Below are positions 55,830 through 64,000 of a stretch of 64,000 bases of DNA, piece by piece. Location: assembly GCA_007376135.1 (NCBI GenBank), contig VMFR01000006.1:3273-67272 (forward strand), in the 5' to 3' direction. A program made the translations under genes and the position numbers. The notes below the pieces were generated by a model. That model had not been told where the DNA came from. It was given only the letters and a program-made list of their open reading frames with translations, and made no database searches. The DNA comes from Parcubacteria group bacterium Gr01-1014_31 (GTDB taxonomy: Bacteria; Patescibacteriota; Patescibacteriia; Buchananbacterales; GWA2-38-13). How positions within the stretch are numbered: the stretch's first letter is position 1; each line of letters starts with the position of its first letter.

Positions 55830-58800
55830 CTAGGGATACTGCACGCACCCTAACGGGTCGGCCGTCGGGTCGGGGCCGGGGATTTGCGGGCCCGGAAACG
55901 GAATGCCGCCGGTACCGGTGAAGAGATAATTAAGCGTATTCATTGGATCGCTGATATTGACCAGGCCGTCGTCGTTCGCGTCGGCAGCGTCGTCGCACAG
56001 GAACTTGAGGTTAGGGTCGACGAACAGCGCCTTGAGGGTAAAAATGGCGTCGCTGATGTTCACTGCCCCGCTCGCGTCGGCGTCGCCGCGGCGGAACTGG
56101 GGCGCTGGCGGATCGGTTTCATCGTCATCCTCGGCGTTCTGACAGCCGGGGTCCTGCGAATCCGTCTTCCCATCACCGTCGTTATCCGCGGTATCGGAAC
56201 ACTGGGGAAGTACCGGCATGGTGACGACGACGGGACTCGACGTATCGGACGCACCGAACAAATTCACGAAGCGAACGCGGTATTGGTACGAACTGCCGGC
56301 GCGAACGGTTGTGTCCGTCACGGTACCGACCGCGGCTTTGACCGTATCCAACGCATTCCAGACCGCTCCGGTGAATGATCGTTCGACGACCGCCAGCGCA
56401 TCGGCCGGACCGGCGGACCAGCGGACGGTCACCTGCGTCGGGGCGGTTTCCGCCGTAACCCCGGATGGTATTTGCGGCAGCACGGGGAGGTCGGTGAACC
56501 TCGCGGCTTCGCCGATCAGGTACGGCCGCACCTGTTTGAAGATCAGCTGGCCGGACGGCAAATGCTTGAACTCAAAATCCAGGAGCACGCGTTCCGGCGC
56601 GTAAGGACCGCGATCGAGGGGAAATCTCTGTTCGACATAATACATAAACCACCCCATTTCCTTGACCTGCTCCGCGGTCAGCACCAACTGCCCTGCCGGG
56701 ACTTCGGTCGAGGCGCGCGCCCGGTAAACGATAACGTCGCCAAAACTGACGATCCGAAGCGCATCAATCTGGGCGTAATCGACCTCGGGCATGACTCCCG
56801 GATCGGGCGATACCACGCTGATATCGCCCGTCTGCGCGAAGATCTGGTACTTGTGATACCGATCTTGTGCTGTCGGGTACGCCGGATTGCCCGTGAAGGC
56901 AACCCCGTTGTCGCGCTCATCCGGAGTACCGGTATTCACCAAAATTGCCATTGCCACCTCATTCGGCAGCTGCCAGTACAACCGCTCCTCGAACGCGCGC
57001 GGTAAGAACGCCGACATCCACACATCCCGCAACGCGTGCGCGACCGTTTGCTCGTGGTCCTCGGAACTATCGCAGGTGGCCACCGTATCGCCGTCGTACT
57101 GATCGCTCAGACACACCGTGCGTGATTCATACAGCCCCGCACCGTTGAATTCAAGTCCGTCCTCCATATTGGAAGAGGAACGGAAGCGCACGCGGATGAG
57201 CTGGTTGGTCGCATCATCACGCCCATCTTTATTGGCATCGTTCCATAGCTGGCTGATGCGGTCCGCGATCACTTGCGCGGCGTTCTGCGGCAGCGCCGAC
57301 CCCGGCAAGGTGACGTTGGGGATGGTTCCGTGGTCCTTCCCGTAGTCCCAGAACGCATTCAGGCAGTCGTCGCGCTGCTTTGGACTGGCCAGAATGGCCG
57401 TATCGGCCAACAGCCGCCGGTAAAATTCTTCGTACGTGACCGCCCAACGACATTGGGCTGGAAAACTGGAAGTGCTGGTAATGCGACTACCGCGCAGGAA
57501 GTCGTAGAAATAGCTGAACGGGATGCCGAACGCCTCCAACTGGTACCTGGGTACCAGGATGCGGTAGAGCTTGGCCAACCCATTCACTTTGCCGCCGTAC
57601 CGGCTGAACGTGGAAGTTGGTTCTTCCGTCATCTCGCGGACACGGTCCAGCCCGCGGTAGGTGGCGTTGGTGGGCTGCGGGGGTTTCAGCCGCGGACGGT
57701 TCGCTTCCTGCCAGGAAACCACTTCTTCGGCGGTCGCAGGATTCACATTCACGACCGTACTCTCGACACTAATCTTCACCAGCTGGCCGTCATACGGAGC
57801 GTACACGGTAGCGGCGTTATCAACGTAGGCATTAGGTCGGTTACGACGCGCCATCCGCAGGCTCAAGTGGCTGGCGTTGGTAACTTGCCGCGTACCGGTG
57901 ATGACGGCCGTGACCGGCGTTTCCACATCAAACGGCGCCTCATCGAAGACGAGGATATCCTGCCAGCTGATGTTCCCCTCCTGCTGCAGCTGCTGAAACG
58001 TCTGCGGCGTCACCAGCCGCAAACGCCCATAGGCCGTGCCCAGCGTGTAGGGTTCGTACGGCGGGCCTTCCTTCGGCAGGATGACCGCAAACTCCTGCGG
58101 CTCCCAGGTTGTCGCCTCGGCGACTTCCGCATCGCTCAAAATGACGTACGCGAACGCCGCGCCTGGGATAGCAATGCCCTGCCGGATCGACTGGTAGAAT
58201 TCCACGACGTCCGGCAAGGTCGGAACGAACGGCGTGAACCCGCCGGGGCCAAGATTAACGAACAGCGAAAAACGATAGGTCGGATCGGGCCAGGTTCGCC
58301 ACAGCGACCCGGTACGATACACCCCATCGGGGCCGAACAGCTCCGGGGGAAGCTCGAATCCTTCAAAACCCGCGACCTGGTCGGGCGCCAGCAGCCGCAG
58401 CACGTCCAAGTGCCAGGTGGCGAAGGTCGCATTCGCAAACACCACCTGGTCCAGACACCGTTTTCCGGCCGCGCGGAACGGAGCGCAGTACGCGTCAATT
58501 TTACTCGGTCGCGGTACCACGACCATCAGCCGGCAGTACGGATCGGATTCGCTGCAACCCAGCAGCGTACGGAACTGGTCTTCAGAGGTTATTTCGTTCG
58601 TCCAAAGGGTCTCATAAAAGATTGGGAACGTAGCACCGGCCGCCTGCCAAGCGCGGGCCTGGCCGGTCAGCTCCTGATACTTGCCGTTCGGATAGTAGTG
58701 GACCGGCCCGAGCCCTACCCCCTGCTGCAGCGATGCCAGTACTGCGGTCACCTGCGCCTGCTGGGGAAGGATGATGCGGGAAGGTGTGGACGGGTCGAAC

Positions 58801-59357
58801 ATCACCGCGAACGCCGTGCCATAGCGGGTCGGGTCCTGCAAAATCCGGTGCAAATCAATAAAATCATACACCGCCGTGCGCGTTCCATCCCACCGGTCGA
58901 AAAATAACTCGCGAATCTGCGTGCTGTTCAGACCAGCAAATGCATCCGGATAATTCTGCTGAATAAAATCAGCTGCCACAAAATCTCGACGGTTGTAGAA
59001 GAGCGGGGTGCTCAAACACCGTTCATGGCCCGCACAAAAAATATCGATCTCGGGATGCCGCGGCACGACGACGCTCACATAGGCTCCCCGCCGGTCTTCG
59101 CGGTCGAAGTCGGCGACCAGCTGGTCGAACTGTTGGGACGTTGCGATCGACAGAGCGCAATCGGTTCGTCCGGCGCAAGGGTCAAAACCCACCGCGGAAA
59201 TCCGCACTCGCCCGCCGAACGCCTGGTAGCCGGCCGCCACCGCCATCATCCCCATCGCGAACGACATCGCCAGCGCCGACACGGTCACCATCAGCGACGC
59301 CGCGACCAGAACGCTGGACTGCAGCTTCACCCGCAGGAGGATATTCTGTTCTGGCAT
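55830..59357 (-). CDS. Array gene 2: family leader + PEP/pyruvate-binding (PPDK_N ATP-grasp-like) domain + FN3-like + dockerin-like domain
   Basis: YGGKVNGL, RFRSSSNMEDGLEFNGAGLYES, LDFEFK...KQVRP; FN3-like W...Y.YRV; CSDTADNDGDG..D..DPGC; FRRGDADASG...PGPDPTADPLGCVQYP. Confidence 0.85.
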   Translation of the reverse strand: MPEQNILLRVKLQSSVLVAASLMVTVSALAMSFAMGMMAVAAGYQAFGGRVRISAVGFDPCAGRTDCALSIATSQQFDQLVADFDREDRRGAYVSVVVPRHPEIDIFCAGHERCLSTPLFYNRRDFVAADFIQQNYPDAFAGLNSTQIRELFFDRWDGTRTAVYDFIDLHRILQDPTRYGTAFAVMFDPSTPSRIILPQQAQVTAVLASLQQGVGLGPVHYYPNGKYQELTGQARAWQAAGATFPIFYETLWTNEITSEDQFRTLLGCSESDPYCRLMVVVPRPSKIDAYCAPFRAAGKRCLDQVVFANATFATWHLDVLRLLAPDQVAGFEGFELPPELFGPDGVYRTGSLWRTWPDPTYRFSLFVNLGPGGFTPFVPTLPDVVEFYQSIRQGIAIPGAAFAYVILSDAEVAEATTWEPQEFAVILPKEGPPYEPYTLGTAYGRLRLVTPQTFQQLQQEGNISWQDILVFDEAPFDVETPVTAVITGTRQVTNASHLSLRMARRNRPNAYVDNAATVYAPYDGQLVKISVESTVVNVNPATAEEVVSWQEANRPRLKPPQPTNATYRGLDRVREMTEEPTSTFSRYGGKVNGLAKLYRILVPRYQLEAFGIPFSYFYDFLRGSRITSTSSFPAQCRWAVTYEEFYRRLLADTAILASPKQRDDCLNAFWDYGKDHGTIPNVTLPGSALPQNAAQVIADRISQLWNDANKDGRDDATNQLIRVRFRSSSNMEDGLEFNGAGLYESRTVCLSDQYDGDTVATCDSSEDHEQTVAHALRDVWMSAFLPRAFEERLYWQLPNEVAMAILVNTGTPDERDNGVAFTGNPAYPTAQDRYHKYQIFAQTGDISVVSPDPGVMPEVDYAQIDALRIVSFGDVIVYRARASTEVPAGQLVLTAEQVKEMGWFMYYVEQRFPLDRGPYAPERVLLDFEFKHLPSGQLIFKQVRPYLIGEAARFTDLPVLPQIPSGVTAETAPTQVTVRWSAGPADALAVVERSFTGAVWNALDTVKAAVGTVTDTTVRAGSSYQYRVRFVNLFGASDTSSPVVVTMPVLPQCSDTADNDGDGKTDSQDPGCQNAEDDDETDPPAPQFRRGDADASGAVNISDAIFTLKALFVDPNLKFLCDDAADANDDGLVNISDPMNTLNYLFTGTGGIPFPGPQIPGPDPTADPLGCVQYP

Positions 59358-59396
59358 ATTTTGATTAATTCCCTTCTCGCTTTATGCCGGTCCGTA

Positions 59397-61382
59397 CTAG
59401 GGGTACTGCACACACCCCAATGGGTCGGCCGTCGGGTCGGGGCCGGGGATGGCGGGGCCGGGTGACGGTATCTCGGGTCCGCCCGTAAACATATATTTCA
59501 ATGCAGCAATCGCATCCTGGGTTTGGATCTGGCCGTTGTCATCCGCGTCAGCGGCGTCCTGGCAGCCGGGTTGCACCCCACCCGGGAGCAGGCTGTTGAG
59601 GATAAAGATGGGGTCCGAAATATCAACCATCCCGTCACCGTTCGCGTCGCCGCGGCGGAACAGAAATTCTCCCTTGGGTGGCGCCGGGAAAGCAGAGGGA
59701 TCATTGTACTCGTACCAAGCAGTGCGATGGAGATCGTGCCGAGCCATCGTCCATGGGGCGGCATACGCCGTAACATCACTCCCGGGAAATAAAAAGGAAA
59801 CCATTTTTTGATTGACGCAAGAGCCACCCAGGCAAGCATCTGCACGAAAAACCGCCTCAAGACGACCATCACCATTCAGATCCGCCACAGCCCCACCGGT
59901 ATGTTCGAACGCATACCCTTCAATATTCTGATACGCCCCGACCTGACTTCCGTCGGCTTTAAAAATCTTAATTCCATCGTTCTTGGTTGTCACAAAAATT
60001 TCTGGCACCGAGTCCGCATCAATATCAGCAAGCGTTGATTGCCCATACCATGCCTGATCGACGTGCAAATCGTTAAGTAAAATTCCGTGAACATCAAATA
60101 TCTCAACACGGGGGGGCTCCGAGTCTTCGTGATCTTCGTAAAATGAAGTGATAATTTCTGGCGTATCATTCACCGAGGTAACAACGTCTCCGACCGCCTG
60201 TAGAAGCAATCCAACACCATATCTTCGTCCCCAGCCCTCCTTTTGCCAGATTATGTCGCCATCGTTTTCCAAAAGGACAAGCCAACTTTTGGTTTCTGAC
60301 CCTGGCGTTGCCACGATTTCCATACTGGCATCGCGGAAAAAATCAGCCGCGGCGAGTTGGGGCATATAACCCGAAGTTTTTTGCTCAACATCGTTCACAA
60401 ACCGACGCCAAATTCGCTGGCCATCATGATCGAGCCGAAACACAGCGGTTCCGCAATACGGCCTTCCGTCGATCGGCCGTCGACGGACATTATCGCCAAC
60501 AATGATTATTGGACCAGGGTCGGGCCCGGCAGTAAAAGGAAACCCTTCAATTTGATCGTCGACATCGGTATCATCCGTCGTAATACAGTCACAGCTCACA
60601 AACACAATGTCATTCCACCCATCGCTATCCACGTCAGGGGTAATGGCGGGAGACGTACAGCTGGAAGAATAGTCTGTTTCGCCGACCGGGTATTCCCAAA
60701 GGACCCTGCCTGCCCCGCTCACGGCAAACACAACGTCCCGGTAACTCGGGTCAGAAGAAAGATCTCTTCCAACCAAGATGAAATCCTGCAGCTCGTCGCG
60801 ATCAAGATCCGCGATTGAAGGCTCCCAATGCATAAGATACTTGTCCTGTGGATCAACCGGCACGCGCAGGAGCATCTCGCCGTGCGCGGTCGTGAGCACC
60901 AAGGCATTCATGCCATCACTCGACGACATATACTCGATCTGAACCAGCTCATTCACTCCATCATTATTCCAATCAATAATAGAAATCGGGTTAAAATTAC
61001 TAAGCCGCCGATATTGAAAATCCTGATTTATACTTTTGCCTTGGTGAGAAAGAAATAACGGTGGCCCCTCATTGAATTCTTCAACAATATAGGTGTCACC
61101 GGCGAGAATCTCCATACCTACATCTGGCGTGATTTCACCCAGAGATGCCAAATAATAACTACTTCTCGATAAATAATCGTATTCCCACAATTTTTCCATG
61201 ACCGGCGAACCTGCGGCCATGTGAACCACAAGATGCCGTTCTTGCAATACCATCCCACCTGCCACCGCCATCATCCCCAGCGCAAAGGACAGCGCGACGG
61301 CCGAAATGCTGACCATCAGCGATGCCGCGACCAGAACGCTGGACTGCAGCTTCACCCGCAAAAGGATATTCTGCTCTGCCAT
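59397..61382 (-). CDS. Array gene 1: family leader + FG-GAP/VCBS-like beta-propeller + dockerin-like domain
   Basis: Repeated D.[ND].DG..[ED][ILA] loops (DWNNDGVNEL, DVDSDGWNDI, DLNGDGRLEA) and W.M..HD..RT; FRRGDANGDG...PGPDPTADPLGCVQYP. Confidence 0.85.
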   Translation of the reverse strand: MAEQNILLRVKLQSSVLVAASLMVSISAVALSFALGMMAVAGGMVLQERHLVVHMAAGSPVMEKLWEYDYLSRSSYYLASLGEITPDVGMEILAGDTYIVEEFNEGPPLFLSHQGKSINQDFQYRRLSNFNPISIIDWNNDGVNELVQIEYMSSSDGMNALVLTTAHGEMLLRVPVDPQDKYLMHWEPSIADLDRDELQDFILVGRDLSSDPSYRDVVFAVSGAGRVLWEYPVGETDYSSSCTSPAITPDVDSDGWNDIVFVSCDCITTDDTDVDDQIEGFPFTAGPDPGPIIIVGDNVRRRPIDGRPYCGTAVFRLDHDGQRIWRRFVNDVEQKTSGYMPQLAAADFFRDASMEIVATPGSETKSWLVLLENDGDIIWQKEGWGRRYGVGLLLQAVGDVVTSVNDTPEIITSFYEDHEDSEPPRVEIFDVHGILLNDLHVDQAWYGQSTLADIDADSVPEIFVTTKNDGIKIFKADGSQVGAYQNIEGYAFEHTGGAVADLNGDGRLEAVFRADACLGGSCVNQKMVSFLFPGSDVTAYAAPWTMARHDLHRTAWYEYNDPSAFPAPPKGEFLFRRGDANGDGMVDISDPIFILNSLLPGGVQPGCQDAADADDNGQIQTQDAIAALKYMFTGGPEIPSPGPAIPGPDPTADPLGCVQYP

Positions 61383-61419
61383 AGATGCCTATCGAAAAAT
61401 CTCCGCCGGCAGCGGAGGG

Positions 61420-62379
61420 TTAAATTTCTTCCCGCTTCATTTCGGCCAGCACTTCCTGCACGTCCCTGGCATTCACCGTAGGGACGATACCCTCCTTGCC
61501 AGCCGCCACCTTGCGCAAACCGACGCGCGATGCGGCCTCATCAATGAGGTCAATGGCCTTGTCCGGGAACGATTTCTCGGGAATACGCCGCGCCGCCAGA
61601 TCCACGGCGGTTTTTAGCGCCGCATCGGTCAGGGTCACGCCGTGGTGGCGCTCGTAGCGCGCCTTGATGCCCCGCAGGATCTCCAGCGTCTGCACCAGCG
61701 ACGGTTCATCCACCATGATGGGGTGCAGCCGGCGGTCCAGCGTGGCGTCCTTCTTGATGAATTTCAAATATTCGTCGCGCGTGGTAGCGCCGACCACCTG
61801 CAGGTCGCCCCGCGCCAGAGCGGGCTTGAGGATATCATCGGCCCCGATGGCGCCGGTTGCCTCTCCCGCTTCCGCCAGGGTGTGGATCTCGTCAATGAAC
61901 AGGATGATCTCCCGCTGCGACGCAATGATCTCGTCGGCGATGCGTTTCAGTCGCTGCTCGAATTCGCCGCGGTACTTGGTGCCGGCGACGATGTTGGCGA
62001 GATCCAGCGACAGCACGCGTTTGCCGTAGAGCAGCTGCGGCACCCGCTTGGCAACGATCGCTTCGGCCAAACCCTCGGCGATGGCGGTCTTCCCAACCCC
62101 CGATTTCCCGACCAGCACCGGATTGTTCTTGCTGCGACGCGACAGCACCTGGATGACCCGCTCAATTTCGTGCTCGCGCCCGATGACCGGATCAAGCCGG
62201 CCCTGCGCGGCCAGAGCCGTCAAGTCGCGCGAATACTGCGCCAGCGTCGGAGTTTTGGACATTTTCGTTTTGCCGCGCACCCAGGTAAAGACGACGAGCA
62301 GGACCACCAGCACGACGCCCAAAAAAATGAGCTCGGGCTTGAGGAGCAAAAATTTGAAAAAATTTACGAGGGACGGCAT
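61420..62379 (-). CDS. Membrane-anchored single-AAA ClpB/ClpC-like ATPase (D1 ring only)
   Basis: Start MPSLVNFF then a TM helix; LDPVIGR, RRSKNNPVLVGKSGVGKT (Walker A), KYRGEFE (pore loop), LFIDEIH (Walker B), LKPALARG, PDKAIDLIDEA. Ends after D1. The longer track ORF overlaps the RelA/SpoT gene on the opposite strand. Confidence 0.88.
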   Translation of the reverse strand: MPSLVNFFKFLLLKPELIFLGVVLVVLLVVFTWVRGKTKMSKTPTLAQYSRDLTALAAQGRLDPVIGREHEIERVIQVLSRRSKNNPVLVGKSGVGKTAIAEGLAEAIVAKRVPQLLYGKRVLSLDLANIVAGTKYRGEFEQRLKRIADEIIASQREIILFIDEIHTLAEAGEATGAIGADDILKPALARGDLQVVGATTRDEYLKFIKKDATLDRRLHPIMVDEPSLVQTLEILRGIKARYERHHGVTLTDAALKTAVDLAARRIPEKSFPDKAIDLIDEAASRVGLRKVAAGKEGIVPTVNARDVQEVLAEMKREEI

Positions 62380-62491
62380 GGCGCGGTTGACGACAGTACC
62401 GTGCGTGCCTACAATGAGGGCGCGCGCCGGTCGCGGAGGACCGGGGAGATATCCCCACGCCGTAATTTCCCCTCCGCATTCCACGTCTATT

Positions 62492-64000
62492 ATGCCACAA
62501 ACCGAAGATAAGAACCAACCACCGCAACTCACCTTCGACGATCTGGCAAAGTCCGTCAAAGCGAATGATCTGAAGGTGGATATTGACGTCCTCAAAAAAG
62601 CTTTTGCCTTCGCGACGGAAGCGCACAAAGGGCAACGGCGGCGCTCGGGTGAACCGTATGTGCAGCACCCGCTGCAAACGGCCATCACCTTGGCGGAAAT
62701 GCGGCTGGACCAGGCCACTCTCGTCGCCGGGCTGCTCCATGACGTTCCCGAGGACACGACGTTCAACCTGGTAGAAATAGAGAAGCGTTTCGGCCCGGAA
62801 GTCGGCGGGCTGGTCGCCGGCATCACCAAGCTGGGCAAGATCAAATACCGCGGCATCGAGCGCTACGCCGAGAACCTGCGCAAGATGTTCATCTCCATGG
62901 CGCAGGACGTGCGGGTGGTGCTGATCAAAATGGCCGACCGGCTCCACAACCTGCGCACCATCGGCGCGCTCCCACCCGAAAAACAGCGCAGGATCGCGCT
63001 GGAGGTGTTGGAGATCTACGCGCCCATCGCCAACCGCCTGGGTATGGGCCGCTTCAAGGGCACCATGGAAGACCTTGCCTTCCCCATCGCCTACCCCGAG
63101 GAATGGGCGTGGTTCAAAACGCACATCCTGCCCCAGTACGAAGTGCGGGTCCAGGAGATCTCCTCCACCATCAGCGAATTGAAAAAAGTGCTCGGGGCCA
63201 ACAAGATCAAGGTGCTGGACATCCACGGCCGCGCCAAACACTACTACTCACTGTACCGCAAGCTGCTGCAGCCCCAGTACAATAAGAACCTCAACCTCGT
63301 CTACGACCTGGTGGCCATCCGCGTCGTGGTGCCCACCGCCGACGACTGCTACAAAGCCATGGGCGCCATCCACACCCGCTTCACGCCGCTCCCCGGACGC
63401 ATCAAAGACTACATCGCCCAGCCCAAACCCAATAACTACCGGTCACTGCACACCACGGTCTTTGCCGACGGCGGCAAGATCGTCGAGGTCCAGCTGCGCG
63501 ACCAGAAAATGCACCAACAGGCCGAATACGGTATTGCCGCGCACTGGCACTACAAGGAGATGGGCAAACACTTCTGGACGCGCATCTCCAAGACTCAGGG
63601 TTTCCACCATAAGGGCTACATGGTGCCCAAAAAAATGAAGTGGATCCAGGAGTTGGCCGTCTGGCAGCAGGAGGTGCAGGATACGCGCCAGTTCCTCAAA
63701 CGGCTCAAGATCGACGCCTTCCGCGACCGTATTTTCGTCTTCACCCCCAACGGCGACGTCATCGACCTGCCGGAAGACGCAACGCCCGTGGACTTCGCCT
63801 ACTACATCCACAGCGACATCGGCAACACCTGCGTCGGCGCCAAGATCAACGGCAAACTGGAGCAGCTGGACACCCAACTAAAAAACGGCGACGTCGTGGA
63901 GATCATCACCGATAAATCCCGCAAATCGCCGGGCCGCGACTGGCTGCGGTTCGTGCGCACGGCGGCGGCACGCAATAAGATCCGTAGCACCCTGCGCCAT
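62492..64000 (+). CDS. relA: RelA/SpoT family (p)ppGpp synthetase/hydrolase (3'-truncated by window)
   Basis: ATG 62492; AHKGQRRRSGEPY..HP, LLHDVPEDT, IKMADRLHN, APIANRLG, KDYIAQPKPNNYRSLHT, AEYGIAAHW and a TGS domain. Not in the ORF track. Confidence 0.96.
   Translation, partial: MPQTEDKNQPPQLTFDDLAKSVKANDLKVDIDVLKKAFAFATEAHKGQRRRSGEPYVQHPLQTAITLAEMRLDQATLVAGLLHDVPEDTTFNLVEIEKRFGPEVGGLVAGITKLGKIKYRGIERYAENLRKMFISMAQDVRVVLIKMADRLHNLRTIGALPPEKQRRIALEVLEIYAPIANRLGMGRFKGTMEDLAFPIAYPEEWAWFKTHILPQYEVRVQEISSTISELKKVLGANKIKVLDIHGRAKHYYSLYRKLLQPQYNKNLNLVYDLVAIRVVVPTADDCYKAMGAIHTRFTPLPGRIKDYIAQPKPNNYRSLHTTVFADGGKIVEVQLRDQKMHQQAEYGIAAHWHYKEMGKHFWTRISKTQGFHHKGYMVPKKMKWIQELAVWQQEVQDTRQFLKRLKIDAFRDRIFVFTPNGDVIDLPEDATPVDFAYYIHSDIGNTCVGAKINGKLEQLDTQLKNGDVVEIITDKSRKSPGRDWLRFVRTAAARNKIRSTLRH

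Noticed and set aside
51856-61382. Classical cellulosome
   Set aside because: No cohesin scaffoldin or cellulase is recognisable in the window, and most cargoes are not CAZymes.
62380-62856. N-terminal extension of the Clp-like ORF
   Set aside because: It overlaps the RelA/SpoT coding region on the opposite strand.

Overview
GC-rich bacterial chromosome segment, most likely from a Patescibacteria/CPR genome (Parcubacteria/ABY1-like). This is inferred from the lepB-hisS-rpsU-yqeY-[pilin/Ig-like giant genes]-ybeY-dgkA-ftsA-ftsZ order, CPR-style pilin bodies and intergenic four-helix-bundle/DUF559 insertions. TGA is a stop codon. Housekeeping genes: prfB 5' end (with its +1 frameshift site), ftsZ, ftsA, ybeY, rpsU, hisS, lepB, der, pth, dprA, topA, a partial RelA/SpoT homolog and tRNA-Val(CAC). 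Three accessory systems stand out. (1) A cobalamin-riboswitch-led, four-gene putative B12-scavenging operon (1355-5068). (2) A pilin-anchored surface cluster including a ~5990-aa giant adhesin-like protein. (3) The best novelty candidate: a tandem array of five genes (51856-61382), plus a sixth copy at 36835-40026. All six end in the same disulfide-type dockerin-like domain and four share an N-terminal '...GMMAVAG' membrane leader. Their central cargoes are unrelated (FG-GAP propeller, PPDK-type ATP-grasp domain, pilin body with Cys repeats, none, GH-like barrel, propeller plus hydrolase). A membrane-anchored, single-ring ClpB/C-like AAA+ ATPase heads the array. Intergenic regions hold several REP-like palindrome families, inverted heptamer arrays, and a 92-nt structured repeat, one copy of which interrupts a tRNA 3' half. 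Domain calls come from motif recognition by eye, not database searches.
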